A DNA stretch of 64,000 bases from NCBI GenBank assembly GCA_951406725.2, contig OX597822.1, forward strand, positions 70,990,001 through 71,054,000, written 5' to 3'. The position numbers and the translations under genes are program-made. Of this stretch, positions 52,753 to 64,000 are shown one piece after another. The first letter of the stretch is position 1; every line of letters starts with the position of its first letter. Under the pieces are notes generated by a model. It ran no database searches. It was not told the origin of the DNA and saw nothing but the letters and a program-made list of their open reading frames with translations. This stretch comes from Octopus vulgaris. Taxonomy: Eukaryota.

Positions 52753-54133
52753 TTCATACTTATATATATATTTATATACATTGATATTTGTACACATACA
52801 CTCATTCACGTGCACACATACACCCCCACACACACATGCGTGCACATACACACACAAATATATATATATCAATATACATACATAGATATAAATATATATA
52901 TATATATATATATATTCACAAAACATAACAAAATATTCAAAAAGATCATAGGTTCAGTTTTGGATTGAATTGAATTTATGTATCAACACGACTGAACATA
53001 AAAGCAACATGAAAGGGCAACTACATACAATCATACAATTACAACCAAGCTTATTTAATCCTCCTCACATAACTGAAAAAGTTAGGAACTTTGTGTTGCT
53101 GAATACCTTTAGTTCTTATATAATTTACCGATTGTAAAAATTTTGGTTAATATATAAATTAAATTAATGTATTATTATTCTGCAAGCTATGTGATAACAT
53201 AGAATTAACTTGTTAATTTGGCTGTTGTTAGGTTATGGTAGTTGGTAGGCAGGAAAACATTTGATCCTGATAATTTATGACCAGCCAATATACAGGAATA
53301 TAAAGAGAGTGCCATCTGTATATTGATTGTGTTCCCTTTGTTGTTTAATTGTTGGAAATATTCTGCTTTAGAGTTACTTAAGATAACTTTCAGCCTCCGT
53401 GCCTGGTTTTCATGTAAATATTATCTCGTAACACTCAAACTATCGTTTCTGCAATTCTTGCATGAGTGGTACATCGTTTGTGCAACATGGAAAAAAAAAA
53501 ACATGCTTTTAGCATTGCTCGGAACTGTTTTCTTGTGCTTGAAGTCTTAAAATTCACCTTTGGTTAGAACCCTGTACTATATGAAGACCTGTTACAAAAA
53601 TCAAACTTGCAGCCCTTAACTATTTCACACCATTATTAATTTTTCTGCCTTGGCTCAGCTTTAATCATCATCGTCATCATTATCATCACATTTGTTGTCA
53701 TCATCATCATCATTTTCATCATTGGCAGTTCGCTGTGCTCAAGAAGAGGAGAATATATATATATATATAATAAACTTTGGTTGTAGAACAAACAACAGAT
53801 TTAAGGTCATCCACCTAACAAATCACATCTCAAACATTTAATCATATAAAAAAACATAATGCTTTTTCTTATATACATAGAATACAGATGCATAAAATCA
53901 CAGAAGATGAAACAATAATTCATTTATACAAGCAAATGAAAAAAAAATGTGTGAATACATTCTATCGCAATTAAAAATTATACTTCAGCGTCTAAAAAAA
54001 TTTTTTTAACATTATAACACCTAGAATAATAAATATATAAAAATATAAAAATATATAAATATACGAAAATACATATATATATATATAAGAAACATATAAA
54101 TACATAATATATAAGGTAAGATAAAAGTTCATC

Positions 54134-54345
54134 AAGAGGATTGCATTTTGGGGATTTAGGGGTGATGTGGTCTCAGAAATTATCTGACAGCCATCACTGG
54201 GTTCTCCTGCTTGTGTGGCATGGTGCATAGTCCTGTTGCCAAACATAGGCTCTTCCAGCAGCCACCCTCTTGATCCAGGGCAGGACTACTTCCTCCAGAC
54301 ATTTGGTGTAGGCCTCTGTGTTGAGTCTGAGGCCATGTGGAAATC
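54134..54345 (-). mobile_element. Tc1/mariner-superfamily (maT/DD37D-like) transposase fragment
   Basis: FPHGLRLNTEAYTKCLEEVVLPWIKRVAAGRAYVWQQDYAPCHTSRRTQ*WLSDNF. Confidence 0.75.
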
Positions 54346-54414
54346 GATGAACTTTTATCTTACCTTATATATTATATATTTATATGTTTCTTATAAATAG
54401 GTATTTTTATATAT

Positions 54415-54690
54415 CAATAGCCTCGCCTGGCCCCCGTGCCTGTGGCACATAAAAAGCACCATCCGTTCGTGGCCGTTTGCCAGCTCTGTCTGGCACCTGT
54501 GCGGGTGGCACGTAAAAAGCACCCACTACACTCACGGAGTGGTTGGCGTTAGGAAGGGTATCCAGCCGTAGAAACACTGCCAGATCTGACTGGGCCTGAT
54601 GAAGCCTTCTGGCTTCACAGACCCCAGTTGAACCGTCCAACCCATGCTAGCATGGAAAACGGACGCTAAACGACGATGATGCTGATGAAA
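54415..54690 (+). mobile_element. Family C repeat inserted in foldback arm
   Basis: Interrupts the right arm of the 53735-55002 inverted repeat. Confidence 0.8.
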
Positions 54691-55072
54691 TTTTTATATT
54701 TTTATATATTTAATATTCTAGGTGTTATAATGTTGAAAAAAAAATTTTTTAGATGTTGAAGTATTAATTTTTAATTGCGATAGACTGTACTCAGACATTT
54801 TTGTTTTATATGCTTGTCTAAATGAATTATTGCTTCATCTTCTGTGATTTTATGCATCTGTATTCTATGTATAAGAAAAAAGCATTATGTTTTTTCATAT
54901 GTGATTAAATGTTCGAGATGTGATATGTTGGGTGGATGACCTTAAATTTGATGTTTGTTCTACAACCAAAGTTTGTTATACTCGTCTCATTTACTTGAGC
55001 ACTTCTATAGCAGTCCTATTAACCCTATTGTTCCTAATAAGAAACAATCACTATTATTATTGATATATATGC

Positions 55073-55104
<32 letters not shown>

Positions 55105-55106
<2 letters not shown>

Positions 55107-56312
55107 CATCATCATCATCATCATCGTTTAACGTCCGTTCTCCATGCTAGCATGGGTTGGACGGTTCGACCGGGGATCTGGGAAGCCAGAAGGCTGCACC
55201 AGGCTCCGGTCTTATCTGGCAATGTTTCTACAGCTGGATGCTCTTCCTAACGCCAACCACTCCGTGAGTGTAGTGGATGCTTTTTACGTGCCACCTGGAC
55301 TGGAGCCAGGCGAGGCTGGCATCAGCCACGGTTGGATTGGTGCATTTTACATGCCACCGGCACGGAAGCCAGTCGAGGCAGCACTGGCTTCGGCCACAAT
55401 TCGGATGGTGCTTTTTACGTGCCACCGACACGGAAGCCAGTCGAGGCGGTGCTGGCATCGGCCACGATTCGGATAGTGCTTTTTACGTATCTCCAGTCCA
55501 GGGGTCCTGACATCTGCCAGGTGCCAGTCATAGGATTGGTTTGATTTCGATTCCGCTTTCGATTTCACTTGCCCCAACAGGTCTTCACAAGCAAAGGTGG
55601 GTAGGCATAGGTGCCTGTCATTGGATGAGGTTCGATATCGACTTTGCTTGCCTCAACAGGTCTTTGTGTGTCCAAGGGAGGAAAGGCATGCATAAGTGGG
55701 CTGGACTCACTTGTCCTGTCTGGTCTTTTCACACTCAGCATATTTCCAAAGGTCTCGGTTGCAGGTCATTTCCTCAGTGAGACCTAAAGTTCAAAGGTCG
55801 TGCTTCACCACCTCAGCCCAAGTTTTCCTGGGTCTACCTCTTCCACGGGTTCCCTCCACTGCTAGGGATTGGCACTTTTTCACACACCTATCTTCATCCA
55901 TTCTCGCCACATGACCATACCAGCGCAATCGTCTCTCTTGCACACCACAACTGATGCTCCATAAGTCCAACATTTCTGTCAGGGTACTAACGCTCTGTCG
56001 AGCATGCACACTGACATTACACATCCATCGGAGCATACTGGCTTCATTTCTCACGAGCTTACGCATGTCCTCAGCAGTCACGGCCCATGTTTCACTGCCA
56101 TGTAGCATGGCTGTTCGTACACATGCATCATACAGTCTGCCTTTTACTCTGAGCGAGAGGCCTTTAGTCACCAGCAGAGAGAGGTAAGAGCTCCCTAAAC
56201 TTTGCCCAGGCTATTCTTACTCTAGCCGTTACATTTTCACCACACCCACCCCCACTACTGACTTGGTCACCAAGATAACGGAAGCTATCAACTACTTCTA
56301 GTTTTTCCCCCT

Positions 56313-56315
<3 letters not shown>
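55105..56315 (-). mobile_element. RTE-clade LINE 3' part with 3'UTR and (GAT)n tail
   Basis: ORF 55791-56171 KGRLYDACVRTAMLHGSETW..RRLRWYGHVARM..RGRGRPRKTW, running into short tandem units and GGACGTTAAACGATGATG. Confidence 0.9.
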
Positions 56316-56362
<47 letters not shown>

Positions 56363-56590
56363 TCATCATCATCATCGTCATCGTTTAACGTCCACTTTCC
56401 ATGCTAGCATGGGTTGGACGATTTTGACGGAGGGCTGGCGAACCAGATGGCTGCAATCTTGATCTGGCAGAGCTTTTACAGCTGCATGCCCTTCCTAGCA
56501 CCAACCACTCCAAGAGTGTAGTGGGTGCTTTATATATATATATATGCATATATGTGTGTGTATGTGTATACATATATATACATGTATGTA

Positions 56591-56625
<35 letters not shown>

Positions 56626-56664
56626 TAGCTTAAAAAGCCATCTGATAGGGTGGCTTCTAAGCTA

Positions 56665-57235
56665 ATATATTTTCAGATTTTCATCCAAACTGTATTGTAG
56701 ACATTTGTCAAGCTTTTTCGATTTTCCAATCGCATGCAAATGGTTGCAGGCAGTTTTCTGGCTAACCTGTAGTTCTTTTGCCAGTTCTTGGGTGGTTTTA
56801 TATGGATCTTTCTTAATGATGGTCTTTAATTGACCGTCATCGATGAGAGATGGGTATCCACTACAATCACGGTCTTCAAGGCTCAGGTCGCCACTGTGAA
56901 ATCGTTTAAACCATTTTTGAACTGATCACTCACTGCTCATTTCCTCACCAAATGTTTCATGGATATCTTGAGCAGTTTCAGCTGCTCTACGTCCTTTTTT
57001 GAAGTTGAATAGCAAAATTGCTCGAATATCATGCTTTGACAATTCCATTTCAGATGATTGTTACAATGGTGGAAAAAATATCAATGTTAATTTATTGACG
57101 CATTTGAGCAAGTCTATGTCTGTATTATTAGACAATTGTAAAAAAAAATGTTTAGAAAAAATTCAAAACTCTGCAAAAATCCAATACAGATTCTTCATGA
57201 TTCAAAACACTGCTTACGTTTTACTTAACCTGATA
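56665..57235 (-). mobile_element. Mariner 5' half (Hsmar1/cecropia-like HTH)
   Basis: ATG at 57048: MELSKHDIRAILLFNFKKGRRAAETAQDIHETFG..VQKWFKRFHSGDLSLED..DPYKTTQELAKEL; TIR TATCAGGTTAAGTAAAACGT. Confidence 0.85.
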
Positions 57236-57431
57236 TGTGTATGTGTGTATGTGTATATCTTTGTGGGTTTGTTTGTCACTTCTCCAGTTTGAAAGCTAGT
57301 GTTGGTGTGTTTATGTCTTCGTAACTTAGCAGTCTGGTGAGAAAGAAATCAATGGAATCAGTACCGGGCTTAAAAAAATATTAAGCACCAGAGTTGATTT
57401 GCTTGATTAAGATTCTTCGAATTGTTACCCC

Positions 57432-57820
<389 letters not shown>

Positions 57821-57829
57821 AATAATACA

Positions 57830-58035
57830 AACATTAGCATGCCGGGTGAAATACTTAGCGGTATTTCATCTGTTTTTACTTTCTGAGTTCAAATTCCGCC
57901 GAGGTCGACTTTACCTTACGTCCTTTCGAGCTTGATAAATTAAGTACCAGTTGCGTACTGGGGTAGATCCAATCGACTAGCCCCCCTCCCCACAAATTTC
58001 AGGCCTTGTGCCTAGAGTAAAAAAGTAGAAAAGAA
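57830..58035 (+). mobile_element. SINE family B
   Basis: Same consensus as 60811-61040. Confidence 0.8.
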
Positions 58036-58381
58036 TACAAACACACAAAAATACAAGACTGTCATAGCTGGACTGACTTTGATCATTGGTTTACTCAATC
58101 AAGTCTAACCTGGGGCTAAACAACACCACCAACAACAATAACAACAACATCGAAACAAGATTAACAACTTGTTACAAAAGGAAAACACCACTGTAAATTT
58201 ATAATTCCAAATTTTTAATGATTTCTAACATAACTAATTACTTTATTCTGCTCATATTTCCCAGACTTCCATTACAAGCAAATATTGTCACATTCTGAAA
58301 CTAAATTAATCTTGGTTTACTGTAGAGTTTCTATTCATAGCATTCCACATGTGTACTCAATATCAATTATGACTGCCTCAC

Positions 58382-58454
58382 CCAGAACTACAGGAATACA
58401 GGAACACATCACAAACATTCAAATAACTCGCAACAAAGATGGCTACAAGTGTTC
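58382..58454 (-). other. Candidate 73-nt exon
   Basis: Strong acceptor ttgttgtttctttgtgtttcAG, donor GG|GTGAGG; open phase-1 frame TLVAIFVASYLNVCDVFLYSCSS. Confidence 0.35.
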
Positions 58455-58639
58455 CTGAAACACAAAGAAACAACAATAAACTAATTAACGAATTTTTATT
58501 GTTGTGAACTTAACCAGACAAGCATTAACAAAGAGCTGCAAGAGCTATTACCAATATGGTATAATATATATAATACATACATATATATACACACACACAC
58601 ATATATGTGCATATATATACAATATGATATAATATTTGA

Positions 58640-58671
<32 letters not shown>

Positions 58672-58935
58672 AATTATAAATATAATGTATATATAATTGT
58701 ATGTATAATGTATATATCATATTTATATGTATATTATATTTACATGTATATATTATATTTATATATATATATATATATATATATGGACGTTAAACGATGA
58801 TGATGATATATACACATATACATATAAATATGTAAATATATATGTGTGTGTGTATAACTATAAACATACATAATATCATCATCATCATCAACACTAAATG
58901 ATGATAATGTTATATATGTTTATACATATGTATAT

Positions 58936-59046
<111 letters not shown>

Positions 59047-59614
59047 TATATATGCATATTTACAAATGCATACACACACAGATATACATTGTCTGTGTGT
59101 GTGAATGTGTATTGTGAATATCATACATATTGGATAGTGAAGTTGAGTTGTTAGAGTGTCAGATACATTTTGCGGTATTTATTTTAGCTCTCTGCAATCT
59201 AAGTTCAAGCACTACCACAGTCAACTTTGCCTTCCAATTTCCAAAGATTGATAAAGTACCACTCAAATACTGGTGTTGATTCTTCTTTCTTTCCTTCCCT
59301 TTTTCTCCCTCTTTCTCTCACCCACTTTCTCACTCCACGAACTTTCTGGACAACCCAATAGTAAGTATAAGAGAAGGCTTTATCCTTAAGGAAAGGGCAA
59401 TGCTTCATGTTCAAGAAAGTTGGTAAGAATTCCATATAGTGTACTCAAGGAACAAAGAAGGGTCACAGGTTGGTAAACAGAGAAGACAGACTTCACATGC
59501 TTTTGATGCATGGGAGCAACAAGCCTTTAGAAAACATTGGAAATCGTTTCTCTCAAATGCCCAGAAGGCTTTGTAAAATTAGTTATAGTTTTCATTACCA
59601 AGGAGACATAATTA

Positions 59615-60110
59615 ATAGTGGGAATTGATGCTTTGAAAATATAGGAATCAGAGTCAAAACAGGTTGGAAAAAGTTCTGAGAACTATTATATCTGCTAGCA
59701 ACAAAGGGCTTTTTGAGACAGACGCTTGAGTATGGAGTGTTGTTTAACATGTTGTGAGATATTGGCTTTGAATAATGACGATGTACAAAGACAAGAAAGA
59801 AATTGATTAAGTATGCTTTGGTGGATGTGTACTGTTAGTGTGCATGAGCAACAAAGTTCAATTAAGCTGAGAGAAAAACTAGATAAATGCAGAATTAGAT
59901 ATAATGTGGAAAAGAGAAGATATGAAAGGATTCTGGTGCATAAAGCAGTACGAATCCTCAAAATTGGAACATGTGGAAAAAACAGGAGACTGAAGAAGAC
60001 TTGAGATAAAATGGTGAAGACTAATCTCAAAATGGCATTATCATGGAAGAAATGATTAAGGGCCATGATGACTGTTGCACATAATGCAGAGAAAACATGA
60101 TCATTCATGC
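59615..60110 (+). mobile_element. Highly decayed RTE LINE fragment
   Basis: RVKTGWKKF*ELL; MLWWMCTVSVHE..LREKL. Confidence 0.6.
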
Positions 60111-60269
60111 AAGCTTGGTGTAATGTAGGTTAAAATGGAGTTTGTGATGGTAGCTGGGCTATATAGTATGTATATCTGCATCCAAGCATTTGACTCCTTT
60201 TGTTTCTGTTAGTCACCTTCTGCTGCCAGTCTTGCTTATTCATTACCCTCTCATTATTGTATTGTCTCT

Positions 60270-61040
60270 AAGGTGGCAAGCTGGCAGAATCGCTAGCACT
60301 CCAGGCGAAATGCTTAGCGGTATTTCGTCTGCTGTTATGCTCTGAGTTCAAATTCTGCTGAGGTCGACTTTGCCTTTCATCTTTTCGGGGTCGATAAATT
60401 AAGTACCAGTTACGCATTGGGGCCGATGTAATCAACTTAATCTCTTTGTCTGTCCTTGTTTGTCCCTTCTATGTTTAGCCCTTTGTGGGCAATAAAGAAA
60501 TAAGAAACTGGGCGGAATACTTAGCGTATTTCTTCTGTCTTTATGTTCTGAGTTCAAATTCCAATAAGGTTGACTTTGCCTTTCATCCTTTCATCCAGTC
60601 AATGTTGTTATTGATGTTGTTGTTGTTAGAGAAGTAACTGGGTAGCTTTTATTCTTCTTCAGCATCATCATTATTATCATTATTATTGACGTGCTTTCAG
60701 GGTTGATGAATTAATTACCAGTTGCATTCTGGGGTCGATCTAGTCGACTGGCCTTCTCCCACAAAATTTCGGGCCATGTGTTTAAGTAGAAAAGAATATT
60801 AAGCAGGATGAAGGTGGCGAGCTGGCAGAAACGTTAGCACGCTGGGTGAAATGCTTAGCGGTATTTCGTCTGCTGTTATGTTCTGAGTTCAAATTCCGCC
60901 AAGGTTGACTTTGCCTTTCATCCTTTCGAGGTCAATGAATTAAGTACCAGTTGTGTACTGGGGTCAATCTAGTCGACTGGCCCCCTCCCCAAAAATTTCG
61001 GGCCATGTGTCTAGTGTAGAAAAGTAGTAGAAAAGAAGAT
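60270..61040 (+). mobile_element. Tandem family B SINEs (dimer + monomer)
   Basis: GCCTTTCATCCTTTCGAGGTCAATGAATTAAGTACCAG resembles the Nin domain of Nin-DC SINEs (from memory, not aligned). Confidence 0.85.
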
Positions 61041-61395
61041 TATTGTATTGTCTTCTGTTCATTGCACAGGGTTACCTGAGCAACATCGAATCTGTTCACT
61101 GTCAATCCCTTTCCACCATCTTATCTCTCTACTTCACTTTCCATCCCACTTGGTGCCTGAGTAAAGAGTGCTTGTATCATTTACTTTTTTACACTTTTAC
61201 TTGTTTCAGTCATTTGACTGTGGCCATGCTGGAGCACTGCCTTTAGTCAAACAAATCAACCCCAGAACTTATTCTTTGTAAGCATAGTACTTGTTCTATT
61301 GGTCTCTTTTGCCAAACCACTAAGTTACGGGGATGTAAACACACCAGCATCGGTTGTCAAGCGATGTTGGGGGGACAAACACAGACACACAAACA

Positions 61396-61545
61396 TTATA
61401 TTTCTGACGAAGAGCTCCGCTTGAAACATTAAACCCTCCTTCTTCCCTTCCTTCCTGAGCGTCCAATAATACTATATATGTTCCACATCCTCGTGTTGTT
61501 GTGTTTTCTCCTTGTGTTTTCATGTTTGAATTAACTTTATATATA
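61396..61545 (+). mobile_element. Short hammerhead-bearing element nested in a SINE's internal microsatellite
   Basis: Interrupts the minus-strand SINE at 61180-61718; homologous to 6900-7112. Confidence 0.65.
61401..61433 (+). ncRNA. Minimal hammerhead-like motif
   Basis: TTT-CTGACGA-A-GAGC-tcc-GCTT-GAAA-CATT-AAA. Confidence 0.6.
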
Positions 61546-62609
61546 TATATAAACGACAGGCTTCTTTCAGTTTCTGTCTACCAAATCCACTCACAAGGCT
61601 TTGGTTGGCCCGAGGCTATAGTAGAAGACACTTGCCCAAGGTGTCACGCAGTGGGACTGAACCTGGAATCATGTGGTTCTTAAGCAAGCTTCTTACCACA
61701 CACCCACTCCTACGCCTAGATGTGTAGGTATCTACTCACTTTATCCTCCTGTATTGATAATCATCTCTGTAATACCCTCCTGTAATATTATCCATCACAC
61801 ACACACACACACTCGCTCTCTCTCTCTCTCCTTTACACCATTCTCTTCTTGATATCCATCATTCTTATGTCATTGTTATCACAATTATCCATCATTTGCT
61901 CTAAGTTTTGCCAGCAAACATTGATCTTGCTTATGCATAACCACCTCATTTCATCCAGATGCCATGTTAGTGACATTCATCCCACAATCTCACCTGCCAT
62001 TCACTCTTCACCCCCCCTCTCATTGTCTCTCTCTCCCCCTCTCTATTTCACATGTAGCTGCACTAGTGTTTCTCTCCCTTACTCTCTCTTCTTACTCTCC
62101 TGCCGATTTCTATTTATTATTATTTCCTTCCCATTCCCCTTCTATATTGCCACTAAAGTCACTCTGTAGCCATTCATTCATACTCTTGCTTCTTTCTCCT
62201 CATCTTTGTTCATCTTCTTCATTCAGTCCTTCTACATTCTCTCCTTTTGCATTCATGATGCTCTGAACGAATGAGAGAATCATAGAATTTGGAGGTCCTT
62301 TTCATCTTGCAGGGTACAGAACAATATAGTTGACAAACATATGGAAGCAACATGGAATCGAGAGGACCATTTTAGCAGTGTGTTGTTGAGGAACTGACAA
62401 GCTCTTTGAAAGCTAACAGCATGAGAGAATGACCGAACACACTTTGTAAAGTGTTTGGTGGTGAGAAAGACATCTTACTGTAGGAACCTTAGCAAAACAG
62501 ACTGTATTAATGAGACATGGTCACCTAAGCCACTGTGGTCAAGAAGTGACTTGGACAGTGTGAGAACCAGCCAAACCCATGCCAGCAGGGAAAGCAGACA
62601 TAAAACAAA

Positions 62610-62631
62610 GATGATGACAGCGGTGACTACA

Positions 62632-62667
<36 letters not shown>

Positions 62668-62999
62668 TTGTCGACAATGATGATGATGATGATGATAGTG
62701 GTGATGATGGTGATGATGATGATAGTGACGACGACGATGGTGATGATAATGATGATGATGATAATGATGATGATAATGATAATGATGATGACGACTATGA
62801 TGATGGTGATGCTGATGATAACCGTGACAACAGTAACAACGATGATGATGATGATGAAGATGACAGTGACAATGGTGATGATGACGATGACAATGATTAT
62901 GATGATGATGATGATGAAGACGACAATGAACATGACAACAATGATGATGACGGCGACAATGACGACGATGATGACGGCAACAATGATGATGATAGATGG

Positions 63000-63035
<36 letters not shown>

Positions 63036-63202
63036 TGACAACGATGATGATGAAGACGACGACGATGACGATGACGGCAACAATAACGATGATAGGTGGT
63101 GATAATGACGATGATTATGACGATGACAACAATGATGACGACGATGACAATAATGATGACGATGACAACGACGACTATGACGACAGCAACGACGATGATG
63201 AT
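62610..63202. repeat. (GAT/GAC)n low-complexity tract
   Basis: Direct inspection; follows a family C tail. Confidence 0.9.
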
Positions 63203-63928
63203 GCTTACTTATTTACAACTACACATACATATTATATAAACACACACACACACACACACACATACATACTACAGAGCAAACAGTATATTCCCACAGAGAA
63301 ATTCTTTATTATGTTTATAATATACATAATACACACACACACACACACACACATATTTCATATATTTTATATAACAATAACTTTGATCATTTTTGATTTT
63401 ATATGTAATTTTAATACTAAGCCTATTGAAACTTTACACTCTTGAAAAATATAACTGCAAGAATTTTACAGAATTTTATTTCTTTAGTTATTTCTATATT
63501 TCCTTTTATAAAATTATTCTTCAAGCAAATATATTAATTAATATCACTGCAGTCTAACTATTAATTATTAATTTTGTCGTAGATAACATTTTATGTAGCC
63601 GCTAGAATTTTAGATTAATTCTATACATGTGTTTATACTGCTTTAAATCTTCAAATACACAAAAATAATTTTAATTATTTTATATTGTATACAGAGCTAA
63701 ATATTTAAAACTTGAGTCCAAATTCTTTACAGTCTACTTACAATAATATAAGCTACTTCATGTCATAAAATAACAACTTCACATATGTGTTATTCTTTGT
63801 GACAACAACATTCAATGTAATTGATAAAATAACTAGATTATTTATTAATAGCTATTATGTAGAAAGATTTCACACACTCTTGAGATGCTGCTTAGAAGTA
63901 TCGATATGTCTCTTAAAAATTTTGCAGA

Positions 63929-64000
63929 TTATTGTGATAAGTGCTGTTGATATGCAAGTTGAACTTCTGCTGATCGTTGCCTGGAGGAAAAACTTGAGTA
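63929..64000 (-). CDS. Possible C-terminus of a gene entering from the right edge
   Basis: Open minus frame YSSFSSRQRSAEVQLAYQQHLSQ* followed by ~500 bp of AT-rich unique sequence; too short to identify. Confidence 0.2.
   Translation of the reverse strand, partial: YSSFSSRQRSAEVQLAYQQHLSQ

Larger units (their letters stand above)
53735..55002. repeat. Long inverted repeat (~400-bp arms) around a transposase fragment
   Basis: Left arm 53735-54133; right arm 54346-55002 (minus family C insertion). Confidence 0.9.
61180..61718 (-). mobile_element. SINE family A with nested hammerhead element
   Basis: Head 61555-61718 and tail 61180-61395 separated by an insertion. Confidence 0.85.

Noticed and set aside
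62455-63445. Met/Asp-rich ORFs
   Set aside because: (GAT)n expansion from a family C tail

Overview
AT-rich, repeat-saturated eukaryotic DNA. The repeat families and the (TA)n/(CA)n/(GAT)n/(AAT)n load point to a coleoid cephalopod, most likely Octopus (inference). I could not identify an intact host gene, and almost all ORF-track hits are translated microsatellites. The window holds two Penelope-like retroelement relics (RT and/or GIY-YIG), RTE, CR1 and R4/Dong-like LINE fragments, several mariner/maT relics, a solo LTR with a 5-bp TSD, a hAT MITE, a Helentron-like element, tRNA-derived SINEs and long foldbacks. The main signal is a set of nine type I hammerhead-ribozyme-like motifs, plus two relics, carried by at least four families of short non-coding elements that mostly sit in (TA)n tracts. 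One motif has a fully canonical core (23405-23495). One carrier shares its 3' end with the Penelope GIY-YIG copy. One ~200-nt family has a shared non-canonical CUGUUGA core. A few minus-strand exon candidates are reported at low confidence.
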